NCBI GenBank assembly: GCA_032718475.1
Contig: JAUCBJ010008698.1
Location: 1 to 52,821 of the forward strand
Direction: 5' to 3'
From: Nemertoderma westbladi
Lineage: Eukaryota > Animalia > Xenacoelomorpha
Length of the DNA: 52,821 bases
In this document: piece after piece, positions 38,784 to 49,903 of the stretch
Position numbering within the stretch: position 1 is the first letter of the stretch
Layout of the letters: each line of letters begins with the position of its first letter
Notes under the pieces: model-generated
The model's database searches: none
What the model saw: the letters and a program-made list of their open reading frames with translations, nothing else
Told to the model about the DNA's origin: nothing
Made by a program: the position numbers and the translations under genes

Positions 38784-39109
38784 GCGTCTCGAACACAAAT
38801 GGACCTCAGACTCGACTGGTTCACACTATAATCCTATGCGTAGAGTGCGTTCTATATATTGTGTTTGTGTTCGCGATACTCTGCGACCAGATTGGTGCGA
38901 TAACGTCGCAGCGAACCCTCGTCGAACAGACTAAACTCGCCGCTAATAAAGCAGACCAGTATGATGTCACTCCCAGGGGTAGTTGTCAACTGTTAGATGA
39001 CGTCATGGGCACCTCGCAGGGCGGGACTCGATGGGCGTGGCTGTGCCCACTGGGCCAAACTAACTCATTAATTAATAGTGTACAAATGAATAATATGTTG
39101 AACGTTTAA
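38784..39109 (+). CDS. ZDHHC3: ZDHHC3/7-like palmitoyltransferase, coding exon 4
   Basis: Acceptor CTTTCAG|GC; TM4, DQIGAI..TLVE (TTxE-like), WAWLCP; four exons total 927 nt = 308 aa + stop; AATAAA at 39115-39120. Confidence 0.9.
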
Positions 39110-39419
39110 AAATGAATAAATACCAAATAAATATACCAAATTATAAGTAATGCACATTTTTCAGCACCGGAGGTAGGTAACCCAGTATATATTGGCTGTT
39201 ACCTGAAAGGTTTGTTAGATTGGGGGGGGGGGGTCTAAATCCCTCGGTGGAAGGCACTGTGACTATCCAACCTTTTTTATGCAACTATAATAGGCGGGCG
39301 CGTCAATCTAGCATAAAACCCAATTGAAGTAACTCGCAATCAATACGAATCACATTTTTGGGATTCTATATTACATTGTTAATGTCAAAAAAAGTCTATA
39401 AAAAATTATTTTGCGGAAC

Positions 39420-40607
39420 ATATGTGGCGGTGCAATGGTGCATTTAGAAAGGCGTTATTCGCAGAAACCATGTTTCTGAGAAAAACGCATTTAACCCTTT
39501 CGCGCCTAATTCAAGATTTTATGAATGAATAAAATCTACTAACATTCTCGCTATTGGGGTTTTAAGGGTTGGTGATTTGATTTCAGATGTCAGTTTTATG
39601 ACTGAGTTGTCTGTGTCTGTTTGTATGTCGTCTGTTTGTCTGTCAGTCAAAAAATAAGGAAGCATATATGTAATAAAAACAATCGCCATGGGGGTTTTCC
39701 AGGTCTCAAATTTCATTTCTGATGTCAGTTTTTACGACTGACCAACTCTTGGCTGTCTGTGTCTGTATGTATGTCTGTTCGTCTGACAGACAGTCTGTCA
39801 AAAAATAAGGAAGTATATTATAAAAACATTCGCCATGGGGGTTTTCCAGGTCGCTGATTTCATTTCTGATGTCATTGTTTATGACTAACCAACTCTAGGA
39901 TTGCTGTGTCTGTTTCTATGTCTGTCAGTCTGTCTGTCAAAAAATAAGGAAGCATATTACGTAATAAAAACATTCTCCATGGGGATTTTCCAGGTCGCTG
40001 ATTTCATTTATAATGTCAGTGTTTATGACGGACTAACTCTAGGTTGTCTGTGTCTGTTTGTATGTCTGTTTGTCTGTCAAAAAATAAGGAAGCATATTAT
40101 ACATACAGTCGCCTTGTGTCGTGAGTCGAGCAGGCGTGAAAACTGACATCAGAAATTAAATCACAGACATGGAAAACCCCCATGGCGAATGTTTTTATTA
40201 CATAATATTCTTCCTTATTTTTTGACAGACTGACTAGCAGACATACATACAGGTGACACAGACATCCTAGAGTTGGTCATTTTATGGCTGTTCTCACTTT
40301 TCGTGCACCATATTGGGTGCCAAAAAGAAAGTGTAATTTCTCACATCTGGGTAACCCTAAAACATGTTCCATTGTAATCAGCACCTCAAAAAACCCCATA
40401 TGGCATTGAATAGTGATCGAATATCGTATCTGCAAAAAATGTCGTTTTTTGTTTGACACCTTGAAAACTGATATTTCACAGAAACCGCACCAGTTTAGTT
40501 CAAATTTTAGTCACTTTTAAGAAATCGAAATGCATTACAAAAAAATACCGTCTGAAAAGCGAAAAATTATCTATCAAATAGGGACTTCTATATGCACCGC
40601 CACATAT
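39420..40607. mobile_element. Non-autonomous element with ~180-bp tandem units containing (GTCT)n
   Basis: Inverted ATATGTGGCGGTGCA / TGCACCGCCACATAT; about three tandem units 39550-40100 plus an inverted unit 40138-40277; related fragment at ~44165-44270. Confidence 0.65.
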
Positions 40608-41526
40608 TCATTGAAAGTCAACAAAGATTTGCAAAATATTTCAATGATAAATAAATAAAATTGACACCGGCCTGTCCCACGTAAATTGTTATACAGTATC
40701 TCTGTAAAAGTTGCATCAAATTTTAAATATTTCAAAAATTTCACAATATATTAAGGTAACTGTTGTAAAAAATTTATACAATTCCACTGCAAGGAAATTT
40801 CATAATTTTCATTAATGTTAGTGAAGATTTTCGATAATAAAATTGTGATTGCTCTGATATTGTTTTTTGAAGTGTAATTTAGTTACCGGTATTTGTTTTC
40901 AGCTTAAAAACCACAATAGTTTATCATATTATTATTATAACTAATTACTATATTATATTTATACTGTATATAATACAGTATGTGATAATTATAACTAATT
41001 ATTATAATATTATGACTATGTGATAATATTAGACAAATTGGAATTGAAAGTGATCCCCATAATTTATTTTTATAGACTTTTTGGTGATAGGCCCTACATA
41101 TTTGCAAGGTAATGCAGAATCAAAAAAATTTGGTTCGGATGAATTGCGAATTAGTTTTGGGTTACCCATGACCTACTATAACATGACCTACCTGTTATAG
41201 TAGGTAATGGGTTACCCCCTCCTTTTCGCTAGATTAACTTGCTGACAAGATACATCTGTTTAGCTTGACGTTGACTTATTTTCCCCCGAGTTTATGACAG
41301 TTGAGGTTAAGGAAGATCGTAAGCCTAATACATGTACCGGTAACTGTGAAAGCTTGTGAAAGTTTATAAACATTAGTTACACAATATTGTTACTTTTGGA
41401 AGGTTAGACATCAGCATAACAGCAGTTTAACAAAACAAGCGCGTAATCCCACAAAGGTCCGCATCTACTAACGCATGAACTGTCTACTTGAATGGCTTAC
41501 TGCCAATCTTAGAACAAAAAACATTC

Positions 41527-41599
41527 TCCGGAATAGAGGATTGAACTCGGTACCTAGAGATTCTACGTCCCACGCTCTGCCAACTGAGCCACTGGGGCC
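41527..41599 (-). pseudogene. tRNA-like / SINE head sequence
   Basis: A box TGGCTCAGTTGG and B box GAGTTCAATCC on -; acceptor stem poorly paired. Confidence 0.55.
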
Positions 41600-42361
41600 G
41601 TATCAATTCGTAATACCAAATCCTAACGAGAAATTGACACCACCAACAATAACAACGGAGTGAATACTAGAGGTGGTCTCGCTACGCGGACTTACGATCT
41701 CGTCTCTAGGTACCCAGGTTGCCATGCAAATCCACTTACTTTGTCAATTTTACTCGAAACTACTCGAAACTACTCGAAAAAACTTACCCAATTGTATTTT
41801 GACAAATTCTCTTGAAATGTTTAACGCCATACGTTATAACTTTCACAATGCGAGGTAGATACATCAAATTTTGTAAATTTGTAAGTTAATAGCAGAAACA
41901 TATGGTGGTAAACCTCATTTATAGAGAAATTGTTCGTTACGGACTCACAGAAAAAAATGTTACGGACTCACTTGAAATCGTTATGCACTCGTTATATTGT
42001 TTTGACAAAAAGAGCAACCACTAATGAATGTTTATGGTGTTTATTCAATAAATATCTTTATTACTTATATACCTTTCACAATGTACCTTAAGAATCACTA
42101 TTAGATATATCTTTTTAATAGTGTTCAGAAGTGAACTGTACATCATATCTATGAGATTGAGTAGGCATGTTTGGTGTGTGTATTATAGTAGTGTATATTT
42201 AATATCCTATAAGTTTATATGACCATAATTTGTTAAAAATGACCAATTTCTAGTTCTTTAAAAACATAAATACCACGTTCACGGAAATTTTTTTACACTC
42301 GAAAAAAAATTTTGAACAGTATTTCGTTGTATTTATGATTTAACTATCACTGTACTTAGGT

Positions 42362-42653
42362 TATTCCACTTGGCGTAGTTGGTTAAATCGGTGGCATTGA
42401 AATCACATCTCTCCTTGGGTCGTGGGTTCGATCCCATCATGGGGGCTAGGGTAGTTTTCGTTTCGGCACGAATACTTTAAAGACAATAAACATACTTATT
42501 AGCCAGGGCGCAACTCTTCCTTCCGTAAATGGTAGCTAAATGAGTGTCCTGGCTGGAGTTTCCTCTGGGGATATATATGTCTGGGGGGGTCCGCACTGGA
42601 AATAATTATTGAGACTTTGTGCGTAATCCCTGGCCTAACGGACGATTTTTTTT
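42362..42653 (+). mobile_element. tRNA-derived SINE, possibly with a Nin/Deu-like central domain
   Basis: A box TGGCGTAGTTGG (42371), B box GGTTCGATCCC (42425); CAACTCTTCCTTCC…TAAATGAGT at 42511-42545 resembles the Nin core; T-rich end. Confidence 0.6.
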
Positions 42654-43267
42654 GTATCACAATCCATCATTCGGTCACTCGTTTCATGAAATATTGGCGA
42701 ACTTCAAGGGTATCATACAGTACTATACCATCTTGGTCAGTAATTTCTGTCATCCGTGATATATGCCGTTTGGCCCTTTCAGCATCAGAAATGTGAGTAT
42801 TAGACGTAAGAGACAGGATCAAACGGGCGCAATGAAGAATGTTGTACAGTAGTATGATGTATGAATGAATACGTTCGAATGTACTGTCGATGGACAATTG
42901 TCAGACTAAAATGAGCTGAATACTTTCAGTTTACATAGTGAATAATGTATACAAAGCAGAATGATTCTTACCTAACCTACCGCGTGGCACGTTTCAGCTG
43001 CAATACAGAACATAGAGACCTAATGGATGGTTTTGATTGGTTGTAAACCCAAAGGAAAATAATTGTCAGTGTAATATACATGCGGGGTGTACTCCAAATT
43101 AAAACTTTAAGTACTTTTCGTTACGGACTCACATAATTATGTAGGCCAAATCTAACAATTTGAAACTTTGAATACACAATGGTACGCTGTCTATAGGTCT
43201 ATTCAAATTTTTATCATCAATAGCTTCTACAGTAATAAATGTTGAATTCATTGTGTATTGTGTCATT

Positions 43268-43433
43268 GTGATTCAAGATAGAGCTGAGGAATGGAAGTAA
43301 GGAAGTGATTCAAGATAGACCAGAGGAATGGGAAGTAAGGAAGTGATTCAAGATAGAGCTGAGGAATGGAAGTAAGGAAGTGATTCAAGATAGACCAGAG
43401 GAATGGTAAGTAAGGAAGTGATTCAAGATAGAG
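43268..43433. repeat. 37/38-bp minisatellite (75-bp dimer), ~4.4 units
   Basis: GTGATTCAAGATAGA(GCT/CCA)GAGGAATGG…AAGTAAGGAA alternating. Confidence 0.9.
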
Positions 43434-44299
43434 TGGGTAGTCAGATTTGGCAACCTTTTAGAAATGTTTAAAATACATCACAGTACTATATTGGATGCCA
43501 GGTCATATTCTAAAAGTTAATTGGACGGGCTTTCCATTTCCGTTGTCACACACCTACAATTATGGCTTCTAATATTTACTATTTTTAATATTTACTGGGT
43601 ATTTTCCAATTTCACGAAATTTTGATTGGGCCGTTCTAATTTATAAAATTTCGGTAAAATTTATCTCCTCCTACAATTTTGAGTATTTTGGTCTGAAAAT
43701 TGGTGTGTAGATGCACTGACTATCCCTTTATACTGTAGAATCCTTAAGACGGAATTTTGAATTTCTTTTTTAAAATGATTTTATTGCACTTTTTGTGACA
43801 CGAAGTCATTAAATTTTCATTTTTTATAGACTACACAAGCTTTAATGTAACTTTTCACGAGAACTAGAGCGAAATTCAAAAATCCATCTAAGGAATCTGT
43901 TCAGGAGAGACTGGGACTTTTGGACTTTCTTTTTTTTGACTTTTTTTCAAACAAAAAAAATTAGCCAAATCGGATAAAGATTGAAGGAGGAGATACATTT
44001 TTAGTGACTAAAAGTGACCAAAAAATGAAATAGGAGTAAATGACGAAAACAAAATGTAGTTTTTTGAACCTTCCCGCGCCAACTTCGGTGAATATGAAAG
44101 AATGTCAGTTAAATAATGTCCGACAGAAAGGATGATGATAAACTAACTAAAATGTATTTCGTTATGGGGTTTTCGGGGTCGGAGATTTCATTTACGATGT
44201 CAATTTTTATTTTTGGTGGAATCTAGGCTGTTTGACTGCCTGTATGTCAGTCGTATGTCTGTCTGCTAAGTACCGACTCTAAGCTAGTTCGACTATACC

Positions 44300-44640
44300 C
44301 CCCCTCAAATAATGCAAAGGTATTGCCTGATAACTTTGTGGAACAAAATGTGTCTGATGATATCTCCTTTGCTGAAGTCAAGGCTGCTGCAAAGGACATA
44401 AGACTAATCGTGCCAGTGGAGTAGATGGTGTCCCCCTTGACGTCTTTAAAACAGGAGAGAGTTTGGTGTTTGGAGCTCATTTAACCCATCATAACATGTA
44501 GGCCTACAGAACTAAGAGAATCCCACAAGAAATGAAAACCAAAAAGTTGGAGTGACAGTTCCCAATAAGGGAAACCTAACACTCTTTGGATCTTTTCGTG
44601 GAATATCATTGAGGTCGATTTTTGCAAAGCTATACCGAAA
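44300..44640 (+). mobile_element. Degenerate LINE reverse-transcriptase fragment
   Basis: Frameshifted peptides ISFAEVKAAAK, RASGVDGVP, VPNKGNL, FRGISL..IFAKLY typical of the region just N-terminal of and entering non-LTR RT. Confidence 0.65.
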
Positions 44641-45162
44641 GCCAGCTAAGCACATGATTGATCTAGACGTCACTGATGACTTATGAGTATTCTCAGAAGC
44701 ATTAGAGGGAGACCAACGGCTCCTCAGCTCATTAGAACGAACAGGCTGCCTCTAGTGTTGGTCTTCATGTTAAATCCAAGAAGACTGTTACTGTTGTGCT
44801 TGGGCATGTGGATGACGAATGGTCTGTCCAGGAATTCGAAATCAAATAGAAGATAGAATGCATAGGAAACTTAAGGTTCGATTATTTAGAGCAGAAGCAG
44901 CTGTATAACCAGTGGGAGTAGTAGTATGCTAAACAACGGGATTGAGACAGCGTCTGCCATAGTCTACCATGTTAAAGAATTTGCCGAACGGCTCTTGCCC
45001 CGCCTACTTACTATGATTACTATTGTTGCCCCACCCACTTACTATGGTTACCATGGTTACCATTGTGCATATGTAACATATGTCACCACTGTGTATATGT
45101 GACATATGCGGTATAAGGCCAGTTTGCAGGCGGAAGTAATTTAATTAATTCGTGTCTACCGG

Positions 45163-45775
45163 TTGGCGTTTGACCTTGAACCGCAATAGGTAAAACCCAA
45201 TATAGTAAGTGGGTTGCAGACGTTTGTTATAAAAGTCTTTAACATGATTTGATTATTCTACCTATGGGGCGAGCCATGAAGTGAGTGATAGCGTCGAAGT
45301 GTGAGTGATAGCGTCGAAGTAAGGTTATGACGCGACAACTAAAAAAGGTAAATAAACACAGACTTATGGGGGCGAGCCATGAAGTGAGTGATTGGTGTTT
45401 GATCTTGAACCGTAATAGGTAAAACCCAATATAGTAATCGGGTTGCAGACGTTTGTTATAAAAGTCTTTAATGATTTGATTATTCTACTTATGGGGCGAG
45501 CCATGAAGTGAGTGATAGCATCGAAGTAAGGTTATGACGCAACAACTAAAAAGGTAAATAAACACAGACTTATGGGGGCGAGCCATGAAGTGAGTGATAG
45601 CATCGAAGTGAGGTTATTGTATTTATACTTATCACTACGCAACAAGTTGTGGGGGCGAGCCGTGAAGTGAGTATAAGGTTATAGTATTTATAATATTATT
45701 TTAATTTGATTATTCTACCTATGGGGCGAGCCATGAAGTGAGTGATAGCATCGAAGTAAGGTTATTGTATTTATA
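45163..45775. repeat. Maverick subterminal direct repeats
   Basis: ~210-230-bp tandem duplication (45163-45391, 45392-45598) and six copies of T(A/G)TGGGG(G)CGAGCC(A/G)TGAAGTGAGT at 45263, 45365, 45490, 45571, 45648, 45720. Confidence 0.9.
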
Positions 45776-45804
45776 ATTATTAATTGTCGAAATTATTACT
45801 TACA

Positions 45805-46086
45805 TTAATTTTCGGTTGGAGGCGGCGTATGTGTTTCGCCGACCATTCGCGGGGGGCATACACACATCGATCGCCCCCCAGCGATCGGCAAGACGATCGC
45901 CGGGCGCGTCAGGACCAAATCATCATTATACCGTGAGTTAAATTCAATTGAGTGCATTACCCGCACCCTGCGTGCCCACTCAGCTTTTTTGAGACGAATC
46001 TTGTTCGATTTTTCCAAATTAAATGGCGGAGGATGATACTCGAAGGGTTGGACAACTAACTTCGGGTTTTTACCGCCTTCAGCCAT
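45805..46086 (-). CDS. Maverick hypothetical protein, 93 aa
   Basis: ATG start, GC-richer than its very AT-rich flanks, co-oriented with viral genes; no recognised domain. Confidence 0.55.
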   Translation of the reverse strand: MAEGGKNPKLVVQPFEYHPPPFNLEKSNKIRLKKAEWARRVRVMHSIEFNSRYNDDLVLTRPAIVLPIAGGRSMCVCPPRMVGETHTPPPTEN

Positions 46087-46353
46087 TGAAATTGAATTGA
46101 AAATTAATTTAATAATTAATAAATTATAAGAATAATATTAAAAATTAAAATAATAAAGTGATGCCGCTATCACTATTCTCAATGTTATTATATAGCAAAC
46201 TACAACAGAACTAACTACTTTGGTAAGGCTAATTTTCTATGCTTCGCGGCGTATCTATATTATATTATTATCTATATATAATTTATTTTGCAAAACTGCC
46301 CACATATGTGAGTAAATTGAACTCAGAGCTTTGATTGTCGTTAGAGCGTTTAA

Positions 46354-46586
46354 TTATTGCCTAATTCGCGTAGCCTGGATTGAGATTCTGGCCTTTGTGT
46401 TAACCGCATAAGTTGGGCGGCAGATGCTTGGGTCCCAATGTGCTCTGTGCCTAATTATTATTATTTCCGGTTTTACCAGCCGCCCACACGTTAAAGAGAC
46501 CCCCGCCCGTAAGGTTTCTGTGATGAAAATTAAAAACGAATAGTGCCGTGTGAAGACCCCAACCCATATCACTTACCGTGTCCCAT
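46354..46586 (-). CDS. Possible spliced small Maverick gene, join(46586-46577, 46517-46354), 57 aa
   Basis: ATGGGACACG|GTAAGT donor, TTTTAATTTTCATCACAG acceptor, 59-nt intron, in frame to stop at 46354. Confidence 0.4.
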
Positions 46587-46707
46587 ATATTTATTAAAAA
46601 TATTGCTATTACTATATACCCAAGAAATAAATATTTATTATTAATATTAACGCTAATAATATGTTCACACACCGTAATTGAATATACCCATAACCAAAAT
46701 AAATAAA

Positions 46708-47148
46708 TTATTTTATTAATGAAAGTGTCCACTGTAATAACAATAAATCATTGTACCGCAAATTAGAGGTGAATATATTCATTGCTCTGGGATTTTTCGG
46801 CACCTCGGTTAAATAATACAGACAAAATAGACCACACTGAGTCGATTGTGGCGCTTGAAATATTTTACGATTCCAAGTATGCCTTTGGGTATATTTATGC
46901 AACCAATATGATATTTTTGGTGGAGGCGCTTTACCAAACGAATCTAAATAATAAGCAATTCTGTTAACCACGCGCACGCAAGACCAGTGTTGTCCAGGTA
47001 GGCCTATACGTTGATTATTAATAATAAATGAATAATTTTGTTTATGCTTATTTTTTTTTGTGTGTATTATGTGTAATTGGTCGATTGCGTAAACACCGAT
47101 GTATTCGGACCCCACCGGGAATTTCGCTAATTGTATAGAGTCCAACAT
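46708..47148 (-). CDS. Adenain-like (C5 family) maturation cysteine protease
   Basis: IGVY..D, PGQHW (His), YLDSFG (Asp), Q…CGLFC (Cys). Confidence 0.93.
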   Translation of the reverse strand: MLDSIQLAKFPVGSEYIGVYAIDQLHIIHTKKNKHKQNYSFIINNQRIGLPGQHWSCVRVVNRIAYYLDSFGKAPPPKISYWLHKYTQRHTWNRKIFQAPQSTQCGLFCLYYLTEVPKNPRAMNIFTSNLRYNDLLLLQWTLSLIK

Positions 47149-47178
47149 CTTAGCGTACGCGTATCATTAAAAGTTTAT

Positions 47179-48432
47179 TTATTCAGTTATTATTTCCTTG
47201 GCTTCCGAAATAGATAGAAGAGCGTCATAGCTTGCCATTAATATAACGTTAATAGTGTTAACTAGCGCATTACTAAATTTCAGAATCAAATGCCCACTAG
47301 TATGAACACTAGGTTGAATCTCATGGCTTTGATCCCCGCCGGCAGTAAGATCAAATACGATCAAAGGAAATTGGGTACGAAATCGTTCTGGTGTTAGCGA
47401 GCAAAATACGCCGCTCAAGCTCTTGAACACGTTCATTAAACTTTCGAATTCCAACATAAAATTGTTTTCTGGAAAGTTAGGGCGATATGGATACCCATGT
47501 ATAATACGGGAGTCGATGTTTAGTTCAGCATAATTTAAACCGAAATGGTTAAAATGTAACGGATTACTGCTTAATTCCCAGTTGAAGCTGGCGTTGGTAA
47601 GCATTCCAACCAAAATATACTTAGGTAATTTCCCTTGGATTATGTTCGATTCTGTATAACTGGATTGCCCACCGCCAATAGTGAAGGTTTTCACTTCTTG
47701 TTTTAACAAGTTATAAATAAAGTCATTTTTTTGTGACCCCAACAAATGCGCGCGCATAACCTCGGCATCAATCTTGTGGCGTTTTATTTTTAAATTAATA
47801 TTCATGATTTCAACTCTCGGGTTTACCAATCCTGCGGGGGGTTCAACTTTCAAAAAAAAATTATTCGATACTCGGTCTATACGAAGTCGAATGTTAATTC
47901 CCGGCGGCAGTAATTTGTCCTGGCTTGCCAGGTCTAAAAAAATTGGGGCCACAACGAATTTAACATAATTCCCACGAACGTCATTCTCAGTAGCGACAGG
48001 TACCCCACCTAGATTATTATCATTATCTTCATACCCACCAGCACTTAAAATACTGCATTTTTCGTTAGCATCTGTCAACAGTAATGTCTGAAACGTAGAC
48101 TTATAGGCGTAGAACCCATTCGAGGTTTCAACTAGCTTTTCATTTAAATATAACGAATAATTTTCAAATAGTGACCCACCCGGGTAATTAAGATGGTGGA
48201 GGGTTGTATCGTCGTTAGCCCTATTACCATCCCATGTAATTTTATATTTAATGTGAAATTTCGAATTCTTTAAATCAGTATATAGAACATTTGACTGGGG
48301 TATAAAGAACTCGATTTGTCTGGCATTCGCGTCAAGAGTAGAAATCGGGTAGATATCCGAAAAATGTGAAGAATATGTATATTCTCGCTGATTTGTTTTA
48401 CTTGAGAATAATGATAATTCTAATTTACTCAT
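47179..48432 (-). CDS. Maverick/Polinton major capsid protein (double jelly roll)
   Basis: ELSLF, YPISTL..IEFFIP…YTDL, SLF..Y.LYLN, YAYK, QDKLLP, G.LP, NP..F.HF, FDLT motifs; 417 aa; adjacent to protease. Confidence 0.92.
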   Translation of the reverse strand: MSKLELSLFSSKTNQREYTYSSHFSDIYPISTLDANARQIEFFIPQSNVLYTDLKNSKFHIKYKITWDGNRANDDTTLHHLNYPGGSLFENYSLYLNEKLVETSNGFYAYKSTFQTLLLTDANEKCSILSAGGYEDNDNNLGGVPVATENDVRGNYVKFVVAPIFLDLASQDKLLPPGINIRLRIDRVSNNFFLKVEPPAGLVNPRVEIMNINLKIKRHKIDAEVMRAHLLGSQKNDFIYNLLKQEVKTFTIGGGQSSYTESNIIQGKLPKYILVGMLTNASFNWELSSNPLHFNHFGLNYAELNIDSRIIHGYPYRPNFPENNFMLEFESLMNVFKSLSGVFCSLTPERFRTQFPLIVFDLTAGGDQSHEIQPSVHTSGHLILKFSNALVNTINVILMASYDALLSISEAKEIITE

Positions 48433-48441
48433 TTTGTTAAG

Positions 48442-48969
48442 TTACATAAAAATATCGCGACATTTATTATTTCGCTTTTTACGTTTGCGCCCAACGTTCA
48501 TACCCACACTTGGGTGTCGTCGTTTCCCGCTCCTCTTTTTTTTACTTTTCGGGTTTGTAAATTCATTGTATACCCGTTGGGCGATTTGGCGAGTCTTTGG
48601 ATGAGGTTCTAACCGCTCGGCCACTTTATTTATCAAATCATCTGCTTTACTGCGTAAAATACGTTTTCCTTCCGGTATTATGTATTTCCGCGCTACTTTC
48701 GCTGCTTTGGGGAGTGCTTTAGTTAGCACCTTTCTCCCTAACTTGCGGGCTAATATACCCAGACCAGTTGTTAATATTCCGCGTCCGCGCTGGCGATTTT
48801 GGGTGTATCGCCGCCCGAATTTATTATTCTTATTATTCCATATACCAGTAGATGGGCCAAACCCTGGGAGAATGCTTCCACCCTTAAAAACGGGTATATC
48901 GCTATAATTCCCACTTCCCAGTTGGATTTGTGGGGTGCTATATAATTTAAACAAATCAGAATCTGACAT
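48442..48969 (-). CDS. Basic virion core / membrane-active-like protein
   Basis: QLGSG, PVFKG, QRGRG followed by amphipathic GILTTGLGILARKLGRKVL, K/R-rich C-terminus ending DIFM; typical position upstream of the Polinton major capsid gene. Confidence 0.75.
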   Translation of the reverse strand: MSDSDLFKLYSTPQIQLGSGNYSDIPVFKGGSILPGFGPSTGIWNNKNNKFGRRYTQNRQRGRGILTTGLGILARKLGRKVLTKALPKAAKVARKYIIPEGKRILRSKADDLINKVAERLEPHPKTRQIAQRVYNEFTNPKSKKKRSGKRRHPSVGMNVGRKRKKRNNKCRDIFM

Positions 48970-48975
48970 TATTAT

Positions 48976-49279
48976 GAGTATTTATTATAACATATAATAA
49001 TAATTCTTTACTACATACGTATATGTGTAATCTACAAATATAAGTAGCATATAATAACGCAATAATTAATTATATATACATTAATTCGACAACAACCATT
49101 TCCCATAACCAACCGCGAGTTTCGCAGGAGTATTTATTATAACATATAATAATAATTCTTTACTACATACGTATATGTGTAATCTACAAATATAAGTAGC
49201 ATATAATAACGCAATAATTAATTATATATACATTAATTCGACGACAACCATTTCCCATAACCAACCGCGAGTTTCGCAG
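48976..49279. repeat. 152-bp tandem duplication inside the Maverick
   Basis: 48976-49127 and 49128-49279; one substitution seen. Confidence 0.92.
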
Positions 49280-49829
49280 AACAATAATTAAAACAAGAAT
49301 CACTATTATCAGAATGGTAGGCACAATTTGTTATTGCCGAAAAATCGTGAAAAAGGCATTTGGTGTCATAATCAACATATTTTTCGTTTATGCCGTACGT
49401 TTCTAGAAGTGTTCCATTCACATTAAATTCATTTTTTAAAATAAATAATTTCGGTATTCCGCGTATTAATATTTGAAACCCCAACCGTTTTTTTTCTTGT
49501 AACCATTCCTGTATGTACATTTTAAATGCGCTTTGGTCCATAAATCCGTAGTCAAAATTAATGTGATGCGTAATATTGGCGAGTTGTGTGAGACGGTCGT
49601 ATTCGCTTAAACTTAAAATTTTTGCAGGTGGACCATTAATAAACCATACGTTTTCTAATGATTTGATGGTAGTATTATAAGCCGCAAACTCTTTAAAATA
49701 AATGGTTGCAACGGGGTGTTGGTCGATCTGCGGAAGATGCGTATAATATTGGAAATCTACTATTATTCCCGGGTTTTCCAGCGTCGGGTAATAATCACGC
49801 CCACGGCTGCGACTTAGAAATTTATCCAT
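49233..49829 (-). CDS. Maverick accessory protein, putative DnaQ/DEDD-fold with Maelstrom-like E-H-C-H-C motif
   Basis: IIVDFQ, FKEFA, ITHH, IRG..K, CAYH…C; 198 aa. The ORF is convincing; the fold is inferred. Confidence 0.65.
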   Translation of the reverse strand: MDKFLSRSRGRDYYPTLENPGIIVDFQYYTHLPQIDQHPVATIYFKEFAAYNTTIKSLENVWFINGPPAKILSLSEYDRLTQLANITHHINFDYGFMDQSAFKMYIQEWLQEKKRLGFQILIRGIPKLFILKNEFNVNGTLLETYGINEKYVDYDTKCLFHDFSAITNCAYHSDNSDSCFNYCSAKLAVGYGKWLSSN

Positions 49830-49903
49830 ATAGTCGCTATAACTTCAGATAATCAGATAATAATAAATAATAAATAATTTACATCGATTAAATTGTGACT
49901 ATC

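Noticed and set aside
45163-45775. CRISPR-like repeat-spacer array in the Maverick
   Set aside because: Intervening segments vary widely in length and are related to one another by tandem duplication.
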